Origin: Candidatus Babeliales bacterium | GTDB taxonomy: Bacteria; Babelota; Babeliae; Babelales; JANWKD01 | DNA: 64,000 bases | Reading direction: 5' to 3' | Assembly (NCBI GenBank): GCA_963701665.1 | Contig: OY969622.1 | Span: 1,120,001 to 1,184,000, forward strand | In this document: in pieces, positions 41,430 to 51,050 of the stretch | How the letters are laid out: each line of letters opens with the position of its first letter | How positions within the stretch are numbered: position 1 is the stretch's first letter | Program-made: the position numbers and the translations under genes | Notes under the pieces: generated by a model | The model's database searches: none | What the model was told of the DNA's origin: nothing | The model's input: only the letters and a program-made list of their open reading frames with translations

Positions 41430-41527
41430 GTCATTGCGAGCGAATGCGTGGCAATCCAATTATAAAATTAGTTCCTTTAAGGAATTAATTAAAATTTGGA
41501 TCCCCACGGCCAAAGCCTCGGGATGAC
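41430..41527. repeat. Intergenic palindromic repeat, copy 2 (full length, no nested hairpin)
   Basis: GTCATTGCGAGCGAATGCGTGGCAATCCA...TTATAAAATTAGTTCCTTTAAGGAATTA...TGGATCCCCACGGCCAAAGCCTCGGGATGAC. Confidence 0.85.
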
Positions 41528-41587
41528 GCTGTGTTGTTTATTATTTTCAGGTCTTTATTAGAATTTTGGAATTTTAGGATTAGGCCC

Positions 41588-42607
41588 TTAGAGAATTTTA
41601 GTTATGCTGTGGGCAGTTTTTTTATTACCATCATGCACGATAACATCAGTGATGAGACCAAATTTTTTCGCTTCTTGCTTTGCTTCTGTTTGAACAATCA
41701 TATGCAACAATCGTTCGGCACGCGTTTCGATCAAATCTTCTTGCTCTTCTAATTGAAAGAGCATTGCTTTACCCTCGAGAATGTCCTCTTTTATTTTTTT
41801 CAAAACATCGGCTGAAAGATCTGATCCTGCCAAATCAAGGAAATAACAAAATCGTTCAATAAGCGACCGATATAAATCATCTAATCCATCACGCGAGATA
41901 ATATTTTTATCCATGAGCGTTGAAAAGCGTTCTGAAATATCCAATACGGACTTCCATACCCCTTCTTGCTCTACGGGACTCCACATGAGCTTCAATGTGG
42001 TGATATCAAGAAATCGTAATAACATCTGAGCAAGCCGTTCGCGCGCAAGTCTTTCTTCCAAGCAGTATGCTGCATCCATTTTTTTAACTAAAGAACTTGA
42101 AAGATCATTGAGAAACTTTTCAGGCTCTTGCTTGAACAAGGCAAAACGATTCAAAAACATTTCATACATCGTATTTTTGAAAGAAGTTTGAATATCATCA
42201 AAATTAATTTCAGGATATTCTTGTATAACACTTTTCATTAAACGCGGCATTTCTTCAAGCATATCGGCAAATGCATCAGCACAAATATGAGGCGCCGCTT
42301 TTATTTTGTTACAAAAAAGCCGCAAAGAATATTCCATGAAAGAGGTTGTCTGCCGTGTTACGTTCGCTTGTTCTAAAAATTGTATAAAATGCGAAAATGA
42401 GTACGGTAAAAAATTCTGCGTATACGATGGGTCATTAAAAATATTTTGCAGATATAATTGCATTCCCTGTTGCGTAAAATGAAGGGGCGCACAAAATAGA
42501 TATGAAGGGTCTTGATAGCGTCGCACAGGACCCTCTCCATGCTCTGCAACTACTGTAAAAAAAAGCGCGCAGAAAAATAGTACAAAAAAAGTAAGTTTAT
42601 TTTTCAT
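41588..42607 (-). CDS. Hypothetical alpha-helical protein with signal peptide
   Basis: 339-aa ORF, leader MKNKLTFFVLFFCALFFTVVA, RBS GGGAG. Confidence 0.7.
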   Translation of the reverse strand: MKNKLTFFVLFFCALFFTVVAEHGEGPVRRYQDPSYLFCAPLHFTQQGMQLYLQNIFNDPSYTQNFLPYSFSHFIQFLEQANVTRQTTSFMEYSLRLFCNKIKAAPHICADAFADMLEEMPRLMKSVIQEYPEINFDDIQTSFKNTMYEMFLNRFALFKQEPEKFLNDLSSSLVKKMDAAYCLEERLARERLAQMLLRFLDITTLKLMWSPVEQEGVWKSVLDISERFSTLMDKNIISRDGLDDLYRSLIERFCYFLDLAGSDLSADVLKKIKEDILEGKAMLFQLEEQEDLIETRAERLLHMIVQTEAKQEAKKFGLITDVIVHDGNKKTAHSITKIL

Positions 42608-42724
42608 AGCAACTCCCTACAATACAAGGTATATACTTAGCATACATAAAAGAGTATCATGAAAAAAAAATTTTATACAACTGGACTTAGAATTACCCTT
42701 AAAAAACATTGAAGGAACACAATA

Positions 42725-43951
42725 ATGGCGTTATATACTTACCAAGCTTTTACAAAAGATGGTAAAAAGACGACCGGCACCCTTGATGCTCCCTCAGAGG
42801 AAGCACTCCGGCAACAGTTGGTAAAAATGGGACTTTATCCAAGCAAGATAACGCTTGCAAAAAGTCAGACTGAATCAGTTCCTTGGTATAAAAGAATATT
42901 CACATCCTCAATATCGTTAAAAGATAAAATATTATTTACTAAACAACTTGCCGTATTGCTCAAATCGGGCGTTCCTTTATTGCAAGCACTCGATCTTCTT
43001 ATCGATCAGTTTGAAGGCGGTCTTCGCTCAATCATTATTACTATTAGAGATGGTATTAAGGAAGGTAAATCGTTCGCAGAAGGATTGAGCAGATATCCAA
43101 AAGTGTTTGATAGTATTTATGTACAACTGGTACGCGCAGGAGAAGCGAGTGGAAAATTAGAAACGATTCTTCTTCGTTTAGTTGAATATATGGAGCGGCG
43201 CGCGGCAATTATCAAAAAAGTAAAAGGCGCTCTCACCTATCCTATGATACAACTTGCCATGATAATTTTGGTAGTTGTTGGTTTAGTATCTTTTGTCATT
43301 CCAAAATTGGCTGAAACATTTACCGCACAAGGAAACCAGCTACCATTACCAACACGTATGCTCATGGCACTCTCAGATTTTTTACGTTCCTATTATCTCA
43401 TTATTTTAGGCGTTATTCTTTTTATAGCAGTTATCTATCGTTTCTGGAGCAAAACTGCAAGTGGTGCACGCATCATTGATACAATAAAATTAAAAATTCC
43501 CGTCATACGATATTTTACTAAAATGGGCGCTGTGGTACAATTCAGCCGCACGCTCGGCATGCTTATTGAAAGCGGGGTAAACTTAGCCGAATCATTAGAT
43601 ATTGTTGTCAAAATTATTGATAACCGCATCCTCAAAGATGCATTGAGCCAAGCACGCGATAAAATTATAAAACAAGGTAAAATTACTGAGTATTTAAAAC
43701 AAACAAATATTTTTCCTCCTATTGCTATTTATCTCTTAAAAACCGGTGAAGAAAGTGGACAACTTGATTTTATGCTGCTTACCGTTGCAAAGAATTATGA
43801 AGATGACTTATCAGATTTTTCTGATAACTTATCTTCAGCACTTGAACCAATTATGTTGATTACCATGGCAGTTATTGTTGGATTCATAGTCTTGTCAATT
43901 GTATTACCAATGACCCGTATGATGGGACCAGAAGAACAAATGAAACTTTAG
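42725..43951 (+). CDS. gspF: Type II secretion system inner-membrane platform protein F (GspF/PilC)
   Basis: FTKQLA.LL.SGVPL, AGEASGKL, ALTYP, LPLPT, GEESGQLD, LEP. Confidence 0.93.
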   Translation: MALYTYQAFTKDGKKTTGTLDAPSEEALRQQLVKMGLYPSKITLAKSQTESVPWYKRIFTSSISLKDKILFTKQLAVLLKSGVPLLQALDLLIDQFEGGLRSIIITIRDGIKEGKSFAEGLSRYPKVFDSIYVQLVRAGEASGKLETILLRLVEYMERRAAIIKKVKGALTYPMIQLAMIILVVVGLVSFVIPKLAETFTAQGNQLPLPTRMLMALSDFLRSYYLIILGVILFIAVIYRFWSKTASGARIIDTIKLKIPVIRYFTKMGAVVQFSRTLGMLIESGVNLAESLDIVVKIIDNRILKDALSQARDKIIKQGKITEYLKQTNIFPPIAIYLLKTGEESGQLDFMLLTVAKNYEDDLSDFSDNLSSALEPIMLITMAVIVGFIVLSIVLPMTRMMGPEEQMKL

Positions 43952-43985
43952 AAGATAACCCTATCTTTTTTGAAAGGAAGAATCG

Positions 43986-44414
43986 ATGACTACAACCCGT
44001 AGAAATATATATGTACAAGAAGCTTTTACCTTAATTGAAATTCTTGTTGCTGTGATGATTGTGGGAATACTGCTTGCTGTTGTTGGCGCAGGAACCGTAG
44101 GTTATTTGCGAAGAGCCTCTATCACCGGCACTAAGGCAAGTCTCAATGCGCTTTCCCAAGCAATTGACTTATATAGGGCTGATACCGGTGCATATCCTAA
44201 ACAGCTTGAAGAGCTTATCGAAGCTCCTAAAGCTTTAGCTAAAAAATGGATGGGGCCTTACATATCGAAAAAAACAACACCTCAAGATGGCTGGAATCAT
44301 GATTTTTATTACAAAGTGACACCGGGTGGCAAACATCCCTATGATTTATTCTCCTATGGCCCACACGGTGAAGAAGGCCCTGAAGAGGAACACCTAAGTG
44401 TTTGGGAAATCTAA
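43986..44414 (+). CDS. gspG: T2SS major pseudopilin
   Basis: A|FTLIE prepilin site, AIDLYR.DTG.YP, W.GPY, P.DGW...F.Y, YDLFSYGP.G. Confidence 0.9.
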   Translation: MTTTRRNIYVQEAFTLIEILVAVMIVGILLAVVGAGTVGYLRRASITGTKASLNALSQAIDLYRADTGAYPKQLEELIEAPKALAKKWMGPYISKKTTPQDGWNHDFYYKVTPGGKHPYDLFSYGPHGEEGPEEEHLSVWEI

Positions 44415-44949
44415 CATCTCAAAAGGTTTTACCCTTATAGAAATAGTAGTTGTCATCATGATTTTAAGCGTGGTGGCAACTATTGTTATTCCAAATATTT
44501 TACAACGTGCGCCCGGCTATGAGCGAAAAAAGTTTTTCTCAGAATTAAATTCCTTGATGGCAATCACGTGGGAACATGCATTGCGCACCAATCAGCTTCA
44601 TCGCGTCGTATTTGATTTTGATACAAGAACTATTAATATTGAAGTTGAAACAAAAAATGATGAAACTGGAAAAAGTTCATTTACCAATGTAAGTGGCGTG
44701 TATAGAAGAACTTCTTATCAATGGCCAGAAAATTTTGAAGTGCGAGAGTTTTTTATCGAGGGCTTAAACGAAATGAAAGGTGGCAAGAAAGTTGAAAAAA
44801 TGTGGATCTTTGTAACGCCCGAAGGATTAGCGCAAGAAGTCATTATAAACGTTATGGACGTTACCCAATCTAAAGAGATACCACTCGGATTAGTTCTAAA
44901 TCCTTTCATTGCACAATTTAAACTCTATGACACATTTCAAAAGCCGTAA
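44398..44949 (+). CDS. gspH: T2SS minor pseudopilin (H-like)
   Basis: KG|FTLIE plus hydrophobic helix; position after gspG; F.PEG motif. Confidence 0.7.
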   Translation: MFGKSNISKGFTLIEIVVVIMILSVVATIVIPNILQRAPGYERKKFFSELNSLMAITWEHALRTNQLHRVVFDFDTRTINIEVETKNDETGKSSFTNVSGVYRRTSYQWPENFEVREFFIEGLNEMKGGKKVEKMWIFVTPEGLAQEVIINVMDVTQSKEIPLGLVLNPFIAQFKLYDTFQKP

Positions 44950-45355
44950 CGATTGCCAAGGATTTACTTTTGTTGAAGTAGCACTTGCCGTGTTAATGCT
45001 CGGCATCATGCTCACTGCAGCGCTTGGTTTGCAACAAAGCAGTTTTGCAAGCATCATCAGATATTCAGAACGCTTACAACAGATTCTTTTATTAAAAAAT
45101 CTATTATTTGATGCTGCATTCGCACGCGCGCAGCAGCAGGGATACGATCACCTTGAAAAAAAAGCGAGTGAGGATAACAAAACCTCGTTTCGTTATGGTA
45201 TAAAAAAAGTTGCTCAAAATTCTTCATTACACTCGTTTGAAAATATTCTCTGCCAAACAGCCGAGGCAACATGGGCAGGCCCTTTACGCACGAACAAAGA
45301 AACACTCATAAGCTTTCTGTATAAGCCTGAGAAAAAAGAGAAAGAGAAAACATGA
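44927..45355 (+). CDS. gspI: T2SS minor pseudopilin (I-like)
   Basis: QG|FTFVEV plus hydrophobic helix; size and gene order. Confidence 0.65.
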   Translation: MTHFKSRNDCQGFTFVEVALAVLMLGIMLTAALGLQQSSFASIIRYSERLQQILLLKNLLFDAAFARAQQQGYDHLEKKASEDNKTSFRYGIKKVAQNSSLHSFENILCQTAEATWAGPLRTNKETLISFLYKPEKKEKEKT

Positions 45356-46221
45356 AGTCTGGATTCACGCTTATTGAGCTTGTTATTGGACTTTTCATAT
45401 CAAGTATTATGCTGGTTTCTCTTTATACAAGTTTTTATATCACGGGCAGAGTAATAAAAAGTAGTGAAGATATCGTCAGTCATGATATTCACATTGCAAT
45501 CTTAGGACATCAGCTTGAGCATGATATCGATGGCATCTTTGCTCCCTCAAGCACCACCATTACTACAACACAACCATCACCCCAAACAGCTAATGAACAA
45601 AAACCAACTGACCAAAAGGAATCTACACCAAAAGAAATCAAAGATATTTTCATCAGCGCGAATGATAAAGATGGCATGTTGCGTACGCTCAGCTTTATCA
45701 CCGTCAACCCATTACAGACCTACCACAAAGAAGGCCCAGCCTCTCGTATGGTACGCGTTGTGTATAAACTTGCTCCTAACAAAGATAAAACTTCATTGAT
45801 ACTCACACGCCAAGAATCAACGAACCTCGATTTAAAAGCATTTGAAATAAAAGGCGCACAAGGCATTCGTGCATACGAATTAAATGATAGGATCAAATCA
45901 ATAGAGGTTGAATTTAAATATCCTGAACAAAAAGAAGAAAAAAAAGAAACAAAAGAGGAAACACAAGAGCAACAAAAAGTTGCATATGTAACAGTAAAAG
46001 AATGGACATCTGAACAGCAACCAAAAGAAAAAAAACCGGTGCCTCAGATTCCACAATTCATCATCTTTACCATTACCTTGTGGGATATTCATCATATCAA
46101 TGAACAAACGCATATAATGTCATATGCAATTCCTTCATTCAGTCAAAAAAAGGCTCCTCAAGAAAAGAAGCCGCAACAAAAGCCTAATCAGGCTCCTAAT
46201 GCCACACAAGTAGCTCGGTAA
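45352..46221 (+). CDS. gspJ: T2SS minor pseudopilin (J-like)
   Basis: SG|FTLIEL, LEHDI, VRVVY.L, L.RQE, IP.FI; gene order. Confidence 0.7.
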   Translation: MKSGFTLIELVIGLFISSIMLVSLYTSFYITGRVIKSSEDIVSHDIHIAILGHQLEHDIDGIFAPSSTTITTTQPSPQTANEQKPTDQKESTPKEIKDIFISANDKDGMLRTLSFITVNPLQTYHKEGPASRMVRVVYKLAPNKDKTSLILTRQESTNLDLKAFEIKGAQGIRAYELNDRIKSIEVEFKYPEQKEEKKETKEETQEQQKVAYVTVKEWTSEQQPKEKKPVPQIPQFIIFTITLWDIHHINEQTHIMSYAIPSFSQKKAPQEKKPQQKPNQAPNATQVAR

Positions 46222-46243
46222 ACGCCAGCAAAATAAGGATTTT

Positions 46244-47371
46244 ATGAAAAAACCATCCTCTTGCGCTCATCAATCAGGCTTCATTCTCGTTCTTACTCTC
46301 ATGATTTTGAGCATGACTGTGATGCTGGTGACACAACTTTTTCAAAGTAGCGTCATTCATTTTTATTTTGATCGGACCATGATTGAACGAGAGAAAGCAA
46401 AAGCTCTCGCGCGCAGCGGCATTGAATTGGCGTACAGTCTTCTTACTATACCGCCTCCAGAAGATAAGGAAGGTGCAAAAGCGGGTTACCCACCACAAGA
46501 AGGTCAAGAAAAAAAAGATCCCAACGTTGAATTGCTCAAAAAAATTTTGCCAACGCTCAACAGATGGCAAACCTTTGAACTTACTGAGCAAATAGATGGC
46601 ATGGATGGCGAGATTAAGCTTTGCATAACCTGCGAAGATGGTAAACTAGACCTGAATCAATGGTACGATTTTAACAAAAAGAAATTTATTGGTGGTGAAG
46701 GAGACGCATCGGCGGCAAGTTCAACACTGAAGTATGCCCATTCTTTTCTCGATGGTAAAAAAATTCTCAAAGCAGTTTTTGGCGGTCTTAAAAAAACAGC
46801 GAGCAATAAAGACTTATTTGAACAATTTGAAAAGTTTTTAAAACAGAGGCAGTATAAGTTGAATGATGTTACGGAACTTCTTGCAATGAAAGAATTACGT
46901 GACGCATTTAACGATGCCATTTTTTATGAACCGCCATCACCTAAGACGGGCAAAAAGGAACAAAGACCTGTGTATTTAATGGATATTTTCACGCTTTGGT
47001 CGAGTGCCAAAACTTTAAATCCATGGTTGCTTTCAGATTCAATTTGCGCCATAGTGGGATTAAAACGTGCTGAGCCAGGTGATTCGGCACTCCATGAAAA
47101 AGAAGTCGATCAACTCCTCAAGGGTATAAAATCAATTGAAGGAGATGTAAAAAGCGCGTGGGAAAAAGTTTTACAAAAATTGTATGGTAAAGAATTAAAA
47201 GCAGTACCAAATGATTTCAGTGCACTTTTTGCACAAAAATTTGAAGCAAGAACATTTGGTGTACTTTCATATGGGAGAGTAGGATCAATTACTCAAAAAA
47301 TTTTTGCAATCATAGGACGTGAAAAAGATGCTCTTGCTCCGTATACTATCAAGAGACTCTATTGGTTATAA
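46244..47371 (+). CDS. gspK: T2SS minor pseudopilin K
   Basis: SG|FILVLTL lacking Glu5 (K-type), A..LARSGI, I.CEDGKLDLN. Confidence 0.78.
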   Translation: MKKPSSCAHQSGFILVLTLMILSMTVMLVTQLFQSSVIHFYFDRTMIEREKAKALARSGIELAYSLLTIPPPEDKEGAKAGYPPQEGQEKKDPNVELLKKILPTLNRWQTFELTEQIDGMDGEIKLCITCEDGKLDLNQWYDFNKKKFIGGEGDASAASSTLKYAHSFLDGKKILKAVFGGLKKTASNKDLFEQFEKFLKQRQYKLNDVTELLAMKELRDAFNDAIFYEPPSPKTGKKEQRPVYLMDIFTLWSSAKTLNPWLLSDSICAIVGLKRAEPGDSALHEKEVDQLLKGIKSIEGDVKSAWEKVLQKLYGKELKAVPNDFSALFAQKFEARTFGVLSYGRVGSITQKIFAIIGREKDALAPYTIKRLYWL

Positions 47372-47389
47372 TCCAAAAAGGATAGTACC

Positions 47390-49039
47390 TTGCAGATAAA
47401 AACAGAAACGCGTGTTGGCATATTCGTTATAATTGCATTGGGCATATTCTTTTATATGACATTGCAATTAGGCGTTTTTCGATTGCATAAAGGTAATTAT
47501 AAACTCCAAGTCGTTAAGTTTAATGATATCGGTGGGCTTGAAAGAAAAGCTGAAGTAAAAATCGCGGGTGTCACTATTGGATGGGTAGATCATATTGAGT
47601 TGATTGATGGTACCACCTACTTAGCAAAAGCCTATATTATGATCCTCAAACAATACATGCTGCATACTGATGCTTCTGCACGCATACGGCAAGAAGGATT
47701 ACTCGGTACAAAATATCTTGAATTACTTCCCGGTGATCCATCATTACCAATACTACCACCAGGTCATGAACTGGGCAGCCCCGCCCAAGGCGCTGTTTCC
47801 ATCGATGATATTTTACGCAAAGTTAACACAATCGCAGGACATGTTGTTGATGTTACTGAATCGCTTCATGAATCATTCGGCACGCCTGAAGGTCGCAGTG
47901 AACTGCAACATACTTTACGCTATGTCAGTCAAGCAGCTGAAAAAATCGCCACCTTTGCCAATTCGTTAGATCGCACGCTGTCACATAATGAAAACAATAT
48001 AAATAATATTCTTGCTGATGTACGCGAAATCACCCATGAAATGTCCAAATCCGTACCAGAACTGAGCGATAATTTTTCACGACTTTCAAAACGCATGGAA
48101 GGTGAATTTCTTCCTTCATTGCAACAAAGTTTAGAACGCATATCAATCGTGTTTGATCGCGATGTAAATCGCATTGCACAAAAAGTTGAAAAAACAACGG
48201 ACGCACTTGAAGGTGCCGCGCAACATGCTGCTGACGGTTTCAGAAACATCAGTTCTATTGCCGGAAAACTTGATGATGGCAAAGGTCTATTAGGACAACT
48301 TATCAATGATGAGGATATGTCTAAAAATACGAAATATGCACTCGAAGGTCTAAAAAATTATTTCTCTATGATCGATAAGTTGAGCATTGTCTTAGATGCA
48401 CACGGCGAATTTATGTACCGCCCGGCTGAACATATGGTATTTGAAGAAGCCAAGGGATATATTGACGTACGCATACATCCAAGCGACGATCATTTCTATT
48501 TGATTCAACGAGTAACCTCACAACGAGGGAACTTACTCAGAAAATCATTAGTCAAAAACTGGTATGATGAAAATGACAGACAGTTCTTGCCGAGCGACTT
48601 CTTTGTAGCCGCGCGGCCTCTGGGCGAGTTGGTCGGTCGCGTGGAAACTATTGAGCGTACGCTCGATACACCGCGGTATGGTCTCCAAGTTGGTAAAATT
48701 TTTAAAGATGTTGCACTCCGTTTTGGTCTCATCGAAGGATGGTCAGGTATCGGCATTGATGTTGAAATCCCTTTTAACAATGATAACTTCCGTTGGGTAA
48801 CTACGGTTGAATTATTTGATTTTAGAGGTCGTCAACGTATTAACGATAGCAGACCGCACCTGAAATGGATCAACCGCGTGTTTATATTAAGAAATATTTA
48901 CTGCGCATTTGGTGCTGATGACTTTATCAGTATTGAAAACTCTAACGGCTTCTTTGGCGTAGGATTGCGCTTTGATGATGCTGCATTAAAAGCAGTCGCT
49001 GCTAAATTTGGCTTCTTAAGTTCAGGCGGCGCTGATTAA
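47390..49039 (+). CDS. mlaD: MCE/MlaD protein with long helical region and C-terminal beta-rich domain
   Basis: ETRVGIFV TM, GGL...AEVKIAGV.IG.V, GLLGTKYLEL.PG; TTG start after AAGGA. Confidence 0.85.
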   Translation: MQIKTETRVGIFVIIALGIFFYMTLQLGVFRLHKGNYKLQVVKFNDIGGLERKAEVKIAGVTIGWVDHIELIDGTTYLAKAYIMILKQYMLHTDASARIRQEGLLGTKYLELLPGDPSLPILPPGHELGSPAQGAVSIDDILRKVNTIAGHVVDVTESLHESFGTPEGRSELQHTLRYVSQAAEKIATFANSLDRTLSHNENNINNILADVREITHEMSKSVPELSDNFSRLSKRMEGEFLPSLQQSLERISIVFDRDVNRIAQKVEKTTDALEGAAQHAADGFRNISSIAGKLDDGKGLLGQLINDEDMSKNTKYALEGLKNYFSMIDKLSIVLDAHGEFMYRPAEHMVFEEAKGYIDVRIHPSDDHFYLIQRVTSQRGNLLRKSLVKNWYDENDRQFLPSDFFVAARPLGELVGRVETIERTLDTPRYGLQVGKIFKDVALRFGLIEGWSGIGIDVEIPFNNDNFRWVTTVELFDFRGRQRINDSRPHLKWINRVFILRNIYCAFGADDFISIENSNGFFGVGLRFDDAALKAVAAKFGFLSSGGAD

Positions 49040-49092
49040 CATTTCCTCTAAACGTTAATGTTACTTTACAGAAATAATATCTAAGCAGAATT

Positions 49093-49141
49093 GTCATTGC
49101 GAACCTACGAAGCTTTTAGCGAAGTAGGTGTGGCAACCCAG
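49093..49141. repeat. Intergenic palindromic repeat, copy 3 (left half only)
   Basis: GTCATTGCGAACCTACGAAGCTTTTAGCGAAGTAGGTGTGGCAACCCAG, nearly identical to 31641-31688. Confidence 0.85.
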
Positions 49142-49155
49142 ATAATAAAAAGACA

Positions 49156-49608
49156 TTAGGGTTTCAAATGCTTCAACAGCGCCAACTCTTTTCTATGCAT
49201 AATTTTATAATCTTCATCACGCTCGTGATCATATCCAAGCAAATGACAAATACCATGCACTAAAAGCACTTGCATGCGCTCGTACAAAGCAACATTCATG
49301 TCACGCGCCGCACGCTCCACATATTCAACAGAAATAATGAGATCACCGAGGTTTTTATCTTCCTCGTTTTTTGGTTTGATCCGCTCGCCTGCTTTGAGTG
49401 AAGGGTGATAGGAAAAGGAAAGAATGTCGGTTGCTTTGTCTTTATGGCGGTAGGTTTTATTGTAATAACGGATTGTTTTATTCGTCGTCAACCAAATGCC
49501 AAGATCATAATCTTCATAACGCAAGATGCGCAGAATTGTCTGCGCATCTTTTTTTAATTGTTTTATGTCGATTGGTATGGCACGTTGGGTATTTTTAATC
49601 GTTATCAT
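49156..49608 (-). CDS. ybeY: rRNA maturation endoribonuclease YbeY
   Basis: N..YR.KDK.TDILSF, LGDLIIS, HGICHLLGYDH. Confidence 0.96.
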   Translation of the reverse strand: MITIKNTQRAIPIDIKQLKKDAQTILRILRYEDYDLGIWLTTNKTIRYYNKTYRHKDKATDILSFSYHPSLKAGERIKPKNEEDKNLGDLIISVEYVERAARDMNVALYERMQVLLVHGICHLLGYDHERDEDYKIMHRKELALLKHLKP

Positions 49609-50746
49609 CGTAAAAGTTCAATATTGTATGTTTTCTTTTTTCATGTTCAGCGTTTTTATTTTCTATAAATTGCTCTTCTTTTAATGCTAAAGCTACGTCA
49701 TTTTCATCATGTAATTTTTTTCGTAATAACGCTTCACGAGCTATTTTTTCTGCTTCTTCAGCTCGCGTTGCTTCTTCTTCACCTTGCTTCTTTCCAAATT
49801 CTCTTTCTTCTTTAGTTTTTCTAGAAATTTCAGCATTTTGCTCATCAGTCAAGTTACGATCAGTCTCAATAAAAATTTTAGCAAGACGTTTCGAATGTTT
49901 CTTCTTTCTAAGATTACAAACCTTACATTCTTCTATACGAGCATTAATTTCTTCTTCTGATGATGACGGCCCATTATTTAATGGGTTACAGTAATACTCT
50001 TCTTGTTCATTATTAATCTCATTGACTGTTTTTCCTTGTGCATCACGGCTTTTCACATCAAAATTATTCTTCAATAATTCTTCAAAAAGTGCTTCATAAG
50101 CAGAAGGCGGCTGTAAGCGAGCAGCAATATGAAGAGGGGTATCACCAGTTTTATCTCTTTCAACACTTAATGCTATTAATTTTTTTTGCACCTGCAAAGA
50201 TTTGTTTCGCGTAGCAATATCCAACAAGATATTGTCTCTATCATCTTTTTGCATCTGATCGAATTTAAGCCTTGTTGTCATAACTGCAATTGTTTCTACA
50301 CTTTGATCGCCATATTTTTCAATGAGCGCATGCAATGGGTACTTTAAAAAATATGTTTTTTCTGGGGTACGATCAACACAATATTCTTTAAAAGTATCTC
50401 TAACGTTCAACCCTTTTTCTTGCATAAATTGCAATAAATCGGGACGATTATGCTCAATCGCTTTTTGAATTAATTGAGGATGCCTACCGCAATCTTCAGC
50501 ATAAAATTTTTCTTTAAATATTTTTAAGGCATTTTGATCATTATTCTTTAAAACAGCTTCAAAAGCGTCAAGCATTGCCTTTTCACGTGACCAATTAAAA
50601 GTAACAGCACAATATATATTTTTCTGTAAACCTCGAAATCCAAAAAGCCCTTGTCGCGGAACCCCATGTTCATCAAGATAAGCCGCTGCATCATACATAC
50701 TCAGGAACAGAAGCATAAATATTAGCTTTCGCTTCAATACAATCAT
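49595..50746 (-). CDS. Ankyrin-repeat protein with signal peptide and charged coiled-coil tail
   Basis: GDTPLHIAA, YPLHALI, D.QGKT; leader ending AAA; ATG 50746 after GGAAGGG. Confidence 0.75.
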   Translation of the reverse strand: MIVLKRKLIFMLLFLSMYDAAAYLDEHGVPRQGLFGFRGLQKNIYCAVTFNWSREKAMLDAFEAVLKNNDQNALKIFKEKFYAEDCGRHPQLIQKAIEHNRPDLLQFMQEKGLNVRDTFKEYCVDRTPEKTYFLKYPLHALIEKYGDQSVETIAVMTTRLKFDQMQKDDRDNILLDIATRNKSLQVQKKLIALSVERDKTGDTPLHIAARLQPPSAYEALFEELLKNNFDVKSRDAQGKTVNEINNEQEEYYCNPLNNGPSSSEEEINARIEECKVCNLRKKKHSKRLAKIFIETDRNLTDEQNAEISRKTKEEREFGKKQGEEEATRAEEAEKIAREALLRKKLHDENDVALALKEEQFIENKNAEHEKRKHTILNFYDDND

Positions 50747-51050
50747 CAGAAAATCCCTTCCGATAGAAATTAAGTACATAATTTTTAAGTCATTGCATGA
50801 TAACATAAAACTTAATAGAAGAAAAAATTCCTAACAAATTTATCTCTAATATTCATATCCTAATGCTGTTCGCTGACTAAGTATTCAATTATTTTGCAAA
50901 AATTGATAACAATATTTTTTTAAAGAATCTTCTTCAATTTCAAGTTTTTTGTCTTTCTGGTAGAAAACATAGCTTATAATACATATTTACATTATATTAT
51001 TTAATCATGACAAATTAATATTTTTTACTATTTTTTCAGTATAATTTAGG

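Noticed and set aside
32197..47371. comM plus pilin-like genes as a competence locus
   Set aside because: comM is 9 kb away and linked to acpS; the pilins have T2SS G/K signatures; no comEA/comEC/dprA in the window
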